Assembly: GCA_028749235.1 (NCBI GenBank)
Contig: JAQULS010000001.1
Span: 755-64,754 of the forward strand
Source of the DNA: Acidobacteriota bacterium
GTDB lineage: Bacteria; Acidobacteriota; Aminicenantia; Aminicenantales; UBA4085
Length of the DNA stretch: 64,000 bases
Reading direction: 5' to 3'
Positions 57,376-64,000 of this stretch are shown here, piece by piece. Under the pieces are notes generated by a model that saw nothing but the letters and a program-made list of their open reading frames with translations, was not told the origin of the DNA and searched no databases. Within the stretch, counting starts at the first letter, position 1. Every line of letters begins with the position of its first letter. Both the position numbers and the translations under genes were made by a program.

Positions 57376-59320
57376 GCAAACCTTTTTCGTCACGACGCCG
57401 ATCTACTACGTCAACGACGTGCCGCACATCGGCCACGCCTACACCACGATCATCGCCGACGCCCTGGCCCGCCACAACCGGCTGGCCGGGCGCGAGGTCT
57501 TCTTCCTGACCGGGACGGACGAGCACGGCCAGAAGATCGAGAAGGCGGCCGCCGAGCGCGGCATCACGCCGATCGAGCTGGCCGATTCCGTCGTCACCAG
57601 GACCCAGAACCTGTGGCAGGCGCTGGACATCTCGCAGGACTTTTTCGTCCGGACGACGATGCCCTTTCACGAGAAGGGCGTCCAGGAGATCTTCCGCCGC
57701 ATGCTGGCCAAGGGGGACATCTACAAGGGCGAGTACAAGGGCTGGTACTGCGTCTCGGACGAGGCCTTCCTGCCCGACGATGCTCCCATCGGCAAGGACG
57801 GCGCCAAGATCTGCCCGGACTGCGGCCGGGCGGCCGTCGTCCTGGCCGAGCCGACCTACTTTTTTCGGCTCTCGGCCTACCAGCAGAAGCTCCTCGACCA
57901 CTTTGAGGCTCACCCGGACTTCGTCCGGCCCCCGAGCCGGATGAACGAGGTCGCCAGCTTCGTCCGCGGCGGCCTGCGCGACATCAGCATCACCCGGACG
58001 ACCGTCAAGTGGGGCGTTCCGGTCCCCGACGATCCGGCCCACACGATCTACGTCTGGTTCGACGCCCTCCACAACTACATCACGGCCCTGGGCTGGGACT
58101 GGAACAGGGAGCGGTTCGAGAAGTTCTGGCCGGCCAGCCTCCACCTCATGGGCAAGGACATCCTGCGCTTCCACGCCGTCTATTGGCCGGCCTTCCTGAT
58201 GGCCTCGGGCTTCGCCCTGCCGGACTGCATCTTCGGTCACGGCTGGTGGCTGAAGGACGAGGCCAAGATGTCCAAGTCCCTCGGCAACGTCCTCGATCCC
58301 TACCTGATCATCAACACCCTGGGCCCGGACCCCCTCCGTTACTTCCTGCTGCGCGAGATCCCGATCGGCCTGGACGGCAATTTCTCCCACGAGGGATTCA
58401 TCCACCGGGTCAATTCCGACCTGGCCAACGACTTCGGCAATCTGGTCCACCGGACCCTGAACATGGTCCAGCAGTATTTCGGCGGCACGATCGGGGAGCC
58501 GGCCGCGGAGGAGGCCCAGGACGCCGCCCTCAGGGCCGCCTTCGAAAGCGCCCGGACCGCCGTCTTGGCCCACTACGAAGACTATGCCCCGGCCAAGGCG
58601 CTCGAGGAGCTGTGGGCTTTCATCGGCCTGGCCAACAAGTACCTGGCCGACAACGCGCCCTGGAAGCTGGCCAAGGACCCGGCCCTTCGCGGGCGCCTGG
58701 CCAGGGTTCTCTGGCAGGCGGCCGCGGCCATCCGCGGCTCGAGCCACCTGGCCGCTCCGGTCATGCCCGGCTCGGCCCGCAGGATCTGGGACCTTTTGGG
58801 CGAGACGCGCTCGCCGCTCGACGTTCTCTACGCCGATTTCCGCTTCGATGACCTCGATCCGGCCCGGCCGATGAAGCCGCCCGTCCCCCTCTTCCCCCGG
58901 ATCGATCTGAAAGAATTCCTGGCCGGGCCGGCGGCGGTCCCGCCGGCAGCCGAGCGCCCGGCGGAGCCGAAAAAGCCCCCGAAGGAGACGACCATGGACA
59001 TCATCACCTACGAGGAATTCAAGAAGCTCGACCTGCGCGTGGGCCTTGTTCTCAAGGCCGAGCGGGTCGAGGGGGCGACCCGGCTGCTGAAGCTCCAGAT
59101 CGACCTGGGCGGCGAGCAGCGCCAGATCGTGGCCGGCGTCGCCGAAACCTACGCGCCCGAGGACCTGGTGGGGAAACGGTTCACGGTCATCGCCAACCTC
59201 AAGCCGGCCGTGATCCGGGGCGTCGAATCGCAGGGCATGCTCCTGGCCGGGATCAGGGACGGCAAGGCTTTCATCCCGTTTTTCGAGGGCGACATACCGG
59301 CCGGCAGCAAGGTCCAGTGA
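57359..59320 (+). CDS. metG: Methionine-tRNA ligase with C-terminal tRNA-binding domain
   Basis: [42 protein letters not shown]. Confidence 0.97.
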   Translation: MEKKSKQTFFVTTPIYYVNDVPHIGHAYTTIIADALARHNRLAGREVFFLTGTDEHGQKIEKAAAERGITPIELADSVVTRTQNLWQALDISQDFFVRTTMPFHEKGVQEIFRRMLAKGDIYKGEYKGWYCVSDEAFLPDDAPIGKDGAKICPDCGRAAVVLAEPTYFFRLSAYQQKLLDHFEAHPDFVRPPSRMNEVASFVRGGLRDISITRTTVKWGVPVPDDPAHTIYVWFDALHNYITALGWDWNRERFEKFWPASLHLMGKDILRFHAVYWPAFLMASGFALPDCIFGHGWWLKDEAKMSKSLGNVLDPYLIINTLGPDPLRYFLLREIPIGLDGNFSHEGFIHRVNSDLANDFGNLVHRTLNMVQQYFGGTIGEPAAEEAQDAALRAAFESARTAVLAHYEDYAPAKALEELWAFIGLANKYLADNAPWKLAKDPALRGRLARVLWQAAAAIRGSSHLAAPVMPGSARRIWDLLGETRSPLDVLYADFRFDDLDPARPMKPPVPLFPRIDLKEFLAGPAAVPPAAERPAEPKKPPKETTMDIITYEEFKKLDLRVGLVLKAERVEGATRLLKLQIDLGGEQRQIVAGVAETYAPEDLVGKRFTVIANLKPAVIRGVESQGMLLAGIRDGKAFIPFFEGDIPAGSKVQ

Positions 59321-60790
59321 TCAGAGCAGGGGGACTTTCTTCTCGGCGAACACTTTAAGGCAGGCGTCCACCACGGCGATATCGAATTGTTTGCCGCGCT
59401 GGGAGCGAAGCTCATCCAGGGCCGCTCCGATCCCCAGGGCCGGCCGGTAAGGCCGGTGGGAAGCCATGGCCTCGATGACGTCGGCCGCGCCTATGATCTG
59501 GGCCTCGATCAGGATCTGATCTCCCTGCAAACCCCTCGGATACCCGGAGCCGTCCAGACGTTCGTGGTGCTGGTGGACGATCTCGGCGATGGGCCAGGGA
59601 AACTCCACGTTCTTCAAAATCTCGAAGCCGAAGCGGGCATGCTCCCGGACCAGGCGCCGCTCGGCTTCCGAGAGCCGGCCCGGCTTGCTCAGGATCTCGG
59701 CCGGGATCGAGGTCTTACCCACGTCGTGGATGACGCCGGCGAAACGGATGGCTTCGATCTTCGTGGCGTCCAGGCCCATCTCCGTGCCGACGGCCCGGGC
59801 CAGGTTGGCCACCCGCTTCTGATGCCCCGCCGTCCCCGGGTCGCGCATTTCGACGGTCGCGGCCACGACGTTGATGATGTTGCCCAGGGCCTTGCGGAGC
59901 TGGCCGGCGATCAGGGCTTGTTCCGCCTCGGCCCGCTTGCGGTCGGTCAGGTCGCGGATGACGTACTGAATGCCATAGACGCGGCCGTCGGCGTCCTTGA
60001 CCAGGGCGCCCCGGATCTCGACCGGGAGCTTGACGCCGTCCCTCCGGCGCAGCGTTCGTTCCACCGCGGGCACATCCTCGCCGCGCTTCAAGGATTCGAA
60101 TCTGGCCGAGATCGCCTCGGCATCTTCGCCGATTATGAATTCATTCGCCGTGCAGCCGGCGATGTCCTCGAGCGGAACGCCGAGCAGGAGCCCCCCCTGG
60201 CGGTTGGCCGTCACGGCCCGGCCCCGCTGGTCGACCAGGAAGACGCCGTCGGCGGACGACTCGAAAAGGATCCGGAACCTCGTCTCGCTTTCCGTGACGG
60301 CCCGTTCCTGGCTCTTGCTCCGGCTGATGTCCTGGCCGATGACCAGAATGGCGGCCGGGTCTCCGGTCGTCCCGCGGACGATTCGGGCGGAGACAAGGGC
60401 GTCGAAAGACTCCCCGGTCCCCTTGCGGCAGAGGCATTCCCGGTTGGAAAAAAGGCCCAGGTCCGTGATCACGGCCAGACCCCGGACGGCCGCTTCGTAC
60501 TCGCGGGGATCGAGGAGCTGGTCGGCTCTCATCCCGACGAGATCAAAGCGGTTCGGGTAGCCGAAGAGATCCGCCGCCGCCTTGTTGCAGTCGATGATGA
60601 TCCCCTTGAGGGAAACCAGGAAGATGGCGGCCGGGGACATCTCCATGAACAGGGGGACGTCCATCACCGGCAGGGCGATCGCTTCCATCTCGCCTATCGG
60701 CTTGTCTAACGGAAAAAGATCGGTCCCGGCGGAAGGCGGAGCGAATCCGGCGTTCGAGGGGCTCGACCCGGCCCGGCGGCGGTTAAACAT
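59321..60790 (-). CDS. PAS-PAS-HD-GYP cyclic di-GMP phosphodiesterase
   Basis: Two PAS domains; TAGHQ, HDVGK, HHERLDGSGYP, HRPYR; start uncertain. Confidence 0.9.
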   Translation of the reverse strand: MFNRRRAGSSPSNAGFAPPSAGTDLFPLDKPIGEMEAIALPVMDVPLFMEMSPAAIFLVSLKGIIIDCNKAAADLFGYPNRFDLVGMRADQLLDPREYEAAVRGLAVITDLGLFSNRECLCRKGTGESFDALVSARIVRGTTGDPAAILVIGQDISRSKSQERAVTESETRFRILFESSADGVFLVDQRGRAVTANRQGGLLLGVPLEDIAGCTANEFIIGEDAEAISARFESLKRGEDVPAVERTLRRRDGVKLPVEIRGALVKDADGRVYGIQYVIRDLTDRKRAEAEQALIAGQLRKALGNIINVVAATVEMRDPGTAGHQKRVANLARAVGTEMGLDATKIEAIRFAGVIHDVGKTSIPAEILSKPGRLSEAERRLVREHARFGFEILKNVEFPWPIAEIVHQHHERLDGSGYPRGLQGDQILIEAQIIGAADVIEAMASHRPYRPALGIGAALDELRSQRGKQFDIAVVDACLKVFAEKKVPLL

Positions 60791-60911
60791 GGAGCCATTC
60801 TAAAAGCAACGGGATGAAGAAGGAATCGCCCACAGGAAGCATTCCGGGGGGTGATTTTTCCCGCCGGCCTCTCACCCCGAAAGATGAGCCTCTCCGCCTC
60901 TAAATATGGTC

Positions 60912-61332
60912 CATCTCCCGATTTCGGGAAACGCGGCGGGGAGTCACCGTTCGGGGGAACGGTGCCATGCGCCGTGATCGGATCTCGGCTGGGCTATTGT
61001 TCTGAGGAAAGGCTACGGCGCAAGACCGTCCCGGCCAGGCTTGGCGCGGCCCTCGTTAGGACGAATTCCTATTCGGTCCTCGCGAGGACGGCGCGGGTTT
61101 TTTACGCCTTTTTCCGCTACTCTGACTCGCACCGTTTTTCATGATATGAAAAACGGTGTCAAACATACTCCGGCGCCCCGCCGCGCTTCGCAGTCCTTGG
61201 AGGGACGTCGCTTCGAAAGTCCCCGCGAGGATTGGGTTCCCTCGGAGAGGTGCGTAAAAAGGCTAAAACCCGCGCGATTTCGCCGTTGGCCGGCACTCCC
61301 CACCGCTTAACTTTTCCCGATATCGGGAGATG
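60912..61332. mobile_element. 421-bp fold-back element with terminal inverted repeats (MITE-like or large structured RNA)
   Basis: TIR CATCTCCCGATTTCGGGAAA / TTTCCCGATATCGGGAGATG (19/20) enclosing several nested helices; no credible ORF. Confidence 0.6.
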
Positions 61333-61336
61333 ATCC

Positions 61337-61978
61337 TCAAATATCAAGGACGGTCCGGATCCGGTCCCACGCAACGGCTCCCGGACGGAGGAGGAGGGGT
61401 TCCGGGCCCGACAGGTCGACGATCGTCGAAACGGCTCCCCCCGGCGTCTTCCCGCCGTCGATCATCAAGTCCACCCGGCCCTCGAAAAGGCGCCGGGCCT
61501 CGGCCGCCGCATCGATCTCGGACGCTCCGGAGCGGTTGGCGCTGGTCGAGGTCAGGGGGAATCCCGTCCGATCGAGCAGACCGCGAAGCCACGGCAGGGC
61601 GGGGACGCGCATGGCCACCGTGCCGCCCGGGCCGAGCATCGCGGCCGGAAGAACGGGCCGGGCCGGGACGACCAGGCTCAACGGCCCGGGCCAAAACACG
61701 GCCGCCAGCCGGCGGAACGCCTCCGGGAGGACGGCGGCGACGGCCGCCGCCATCTCGAGGCCCGAGACCACGATCGGCAGGGGCCTGTCGCGGAAGCGTT
61801 CTTTAAGCTCATAGATCCGGTCCACGGCCGCGGCCGAGAAGGCGTTCCCGCCCAGCCCGTAGAAGGTGTCGGTCGGGTAAACCGCGATTCCATCCCGGCC
61901 GAGGATGGCCGCCGCCTCCCCTTCCTGGGGCAGGGACCGGGCGTCCGGGAGCGCGTAAAGAATGCGTGTGGCAGGCAT
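61337..61978 (-). CDS. tsaC: L-threonylcarbamoyladenylate synthase (TsaC/Sua5)
   Basis: YPTDTFYGLG, IYELKER, FWPGPLS, TSTSANRSG, STIVD. Confidence 0.92.
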   Translation of the reverse strand: MPATRILYALPDARSLPQEGEAAAILGRDGIAVYPTDTFYGLGGNAFSAAAVDRIYELKERFRDRPLPIVVSGLEMAAAVAAVLPEAFRRLAAVFWPGPLSLVVPARPVLPAAMLGPGGTVAMRVPALPWLRGLLDRTGFPLTSTSANRSGASEIDAAAEARRLFEGRVDLMIDGGKTPGGAVSTIVDLSGPEPLLLRPGAVAWDRIRTVLDI

Positions 61979-62140
61979 GGAGACCGTTCGAACCCACTTT
62001 ATGGGAGCCCGGCCCGCCTGTCAATCTTTACAAACCGAACCCTTCCCTTTAAACTGAGAGGGCGGGAAAAGCGGGCCTTCGAAGCGAGGGCCCCATCCCG
62101 GGCATGGCATCTGCGCCGAACGGGGCGAAGGAGATCCGCG

Positions 62141-62902
62141 ATGAAAAGAGCTCTCGTCCCTTTGATCCTGGCCCTGCTGGCCTTGACCGCCGTCCCGGCC
62201 GCGGCCGACATGGCGTCGTTCCGGCTGAGCTTCAATATACCGACCATGCGGAGCGATTTCTGGACGAACGAGTTTACCCAGCTGACCCTGACCAGGAAGG
62301 GCTTCCAGGAAACCTCCTTCGGGCTCGCCTATGAGTTGTTCCTGACCCGCGAAATCAGCCTGGTCCTCGGCCTGGACATTTTCGCCAGGACCAAGAGCGG
62401 GATGTACCGCGATTACGTGGCCTATTCCCTGGCGGAGGGGGAGTTCGCCTTCCCTGACAACTACTACGGCGACTACATTCCCACCCATACCATCCGTTAT
62501 TCCGTGACCCCGATCCAGCTTTCGGTCAAGCTGACTCCGCTCGGACGCCGGGCCGGTTTGATTCCCTACGTCGGCGGCGGCATCGCCGTCTATTTCTACA
62601 ACCTGCGGAGGTCCGGCGACGTCATCGACTTCGACAACCCCTCCCCTTACACCGACGCCCAAGGCAACGAAGTCCGGATATACCCGATCTCCGATACCGA
62701 CGACTATGAAAGCAGCTTCGGCCGCTTCGGCTTCGGCTACCAGGTCTTCGGAGGCTTGATGATCCCGATCGGAGACCAGATGACGATCGACGGCGGGATT
62801 CAGTTCAACAGGGGGCAAGCCAAACTGAAGTCTTTTCCGGGATTCGAGCCGCTCGACCTGGGCGGCTTTCTGATCTCGATCGGGTTCAACTACTGGTTCT
62901 GA
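62141..62902 (+). CDS. Putative outer-membrane beta-barrel protein
   Basis: Signal peptide, IPYVGGG, C-terminal ...SIGFNYWF; AAGGAG RBS. Confidence 0.72.
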   Translation: MKRALVPLILALLALTAVPAAADMASFRLSFNIPTMRSDFWTNEFTQLTLTRKGFQETSFGLAYELFLTREISLVLGLDIFARTKSGMYRDYVAYSLAEGEFAFPDNYYGDYIPTHTIRYSVTPIQLSVKLTPLGRRAGLIPYVGGGIAVYFYNLRRSGDVIDFDNPSPYTDAQGNEVRIYPISDTDDYESSFGRFGFGYQVFGGLMIPIGDQMTIDGGIQFNRGQAKLKSFPGFEPLDLGGFLISIGFNYWF

Positions 62903-63756
62903 TTCTTCCGGACCGGAACGCTCTCGCTCCGGTCGAAGGGCAGGACGATCCTTCCCCATTCCCAGGCCGCCTCGACCTGGCCCTGGAAGCGGATCGGGAC
63001 GAGAAGGCTCCCGAAGGCCTCGGCCACGTCCTTGCCGATCTCCCAGAAGTCCAGCAGGAGGTCCACGGCCAGGGTCTTCTCTCCCCGCGCCTCGACCGGA
63101 CCGGCGTCCCGGATCGTCCCCTCGGCCAGGACCTTGTCGCCGACGCTCAGCTTGTAGGCGACGCTCTCGATCCGCAAGGGGAAGCCGTTGGGATTGACGA
63201 GCGCGCCCCGGAAGGTCAGGTCCCCGCCGCCCAGAGAGAGGGAGCGGGCCTCGAACGGAAGGCCCTTGGCGTCGAATCCGAGGAAGACGGGAAACTCGCC
63301 GCTGAAGGCGATCGGAACGCGCTCTTCCCGCCGCCTCTCGTCCTGGAACACCATCCCGCCGACGAGATTGCAGGCGATCCGATCCCGTCCCCGGATTCCG
63401 GGGATGACGGTATAGAGTGTATCGTAGGTGAAGCGGACCGGGAAGGCGACGGTCGTCTCCCCCTTGGCCGGAACGGGGATGGCCGCTTCCAGGTCCATCT
63501 CCTGCCTGAAGTAGTCGATCGAGCCGATGATGACGCGGTAATCATAGCGGGTCAGGGACCGCTTGGAGGACGTCAAGTTCTTGAGATCGAGGACGAAGAC
63601 CAGGGTCACGCCCTGCGGGCTGACCTCGCGCGCGATCCGCTCGCGAACGGCGACTTCGACGTCGTATTTTTGGGCCGGGACGGCCGCGGCGGCCGCCGCG
63701 CCCGCCGCCAGGACGAACAGGAGAGCCGTCGCGAGTCGAACATTTGATTGGGACAT
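62890..63756 (-). CDS. Exported LEA_2/WHy-domain protein (probably two domains)
   Basis: Signal peptide; NPNGFPL motif; duplicated beta-sandwich pattern. Confidence 0.7.
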   Translation of the reverse strand: MSQSNVRLATALLFVLAAGAAAAAAVPAQKYDVEVAVRERIAREVSPQGVTLVFVLDLKNLTSSKRSLTRYDYRVIIGSIDYFRQEMDLEAAIPVPAKGETTVAFPVRFTYDTLYTVIPGIRGRDRIACNLVGGMVFQDERRREERVPIAFSGEFPVFLGFDAKGLPFEARSLSLGGGDLTFRGALVNPNGFPLRIESVAYKLSVGDKVLAEGTIRDAGPVEARGEKTLAVDLLLDFWEIGKDVAEAFGSLLVPIRFQGQVEAAWEWGRIVLPFDRSESVPVRKNQNQ

Positions 63757-63868
63757 CTTCGTCTCTCGGCCGCCCGAAGGCGGAGAAAGAAAGCTTAGTC
63801 TACACGAATCGCGGCCGGGGGACAACCCGCGTAGTCTCGTGTATAATACCCTCCGGATCGAAGTCCTC

Positions 63869-64000
63869 ATGCCGATTCCCGAGCCCTCCTTTCGCGACCG
63901 GGCGCTCTTCGTCCGGCTCTTCGGCCCCGACGTCTACGCCGTGGGCGGATACGTCCGCGACCTTCTGCGGGGCGCCGGGCCGGAGGAAGTGGACCTTTTG
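63869..64000 (+). CDS. CCA-adding/poly(A) polymerase-family nucleotidyltransferase, N-terminal part (truncated by window)
   Basis: MPIPEPSFRDRALFVRLFGPDVYAVGGYVRDLLRGAGPEEVDLL; TATAAT at 63842. Confidence 0.75.
   Translation, partial: MPIPEPSFRDRALFVRLFGPDVYAVGGYVRDLLRGAGPEEVDLL

Noticed and set aside
60851..61374. Small ORFs across the fold-back element
   Set aside because: Atypical codon usage and no motifs; the region is explained by nested inverted repeats.
62890..62902. Convergent 3' overlaps (also 8628-8637)
   Set aside because: Short tail-to-tail overlaps are common in compact genomes; no further signal.
1..64000. tRNA/rRNA genes, prophage, integrase, transposase or defence systems
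   Set aside because: None recognised by eye; tRNAscan, cmscan and DefenseFinder would be needed to exclude them formally.

Overview
High-GC, gene-dense bacterial chromosome segment. The gene mix (IOR plus ADP-forming acyl-CoA synthetase, tricorn protease, OM beta-barrels, Tat glycosidase) suggests an anaerobic diderm peptide/glycan fermenter, possibly Acidobacteriota/Aminicenantes-like; this taxonomy is inference only. About 58 CDS are supportable. No rRNA, tRNA, CRISPR array or transposase was recognised. Highlights: (1) a 12-gene bacterial microcompartment operon (33387-41587) with a PVM-like core (PduL, acetate kinase, acylating aldehyde dehydrogenase, class II aldolase, 3 BMC-H, 3 BMC-P), led by a PduS-like Fe-S flavoprotein and PduT-like BMC-T, with no alcohol/lactate dehydrogenase or regulator, divergent from a Tat-exported GH109; (2) four interrelated structured intergenic elements (11015-11116, 24324-24421, 52072-52189, 60912-61332), including a 421-bp nested fold-back with 20-bp terminal inverted repeats, each at the 3' end of a minus-strand gene; (3) a csoR-copA-YHS copper module with a readable operator/promoter; (4) an iorAB-ACD-Sth-like operon; (5) the yebC-ruvC-ruvA-ruvB-queA cluster interrupted twice. 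All calls come from reading motifs by eye; no searches were run.
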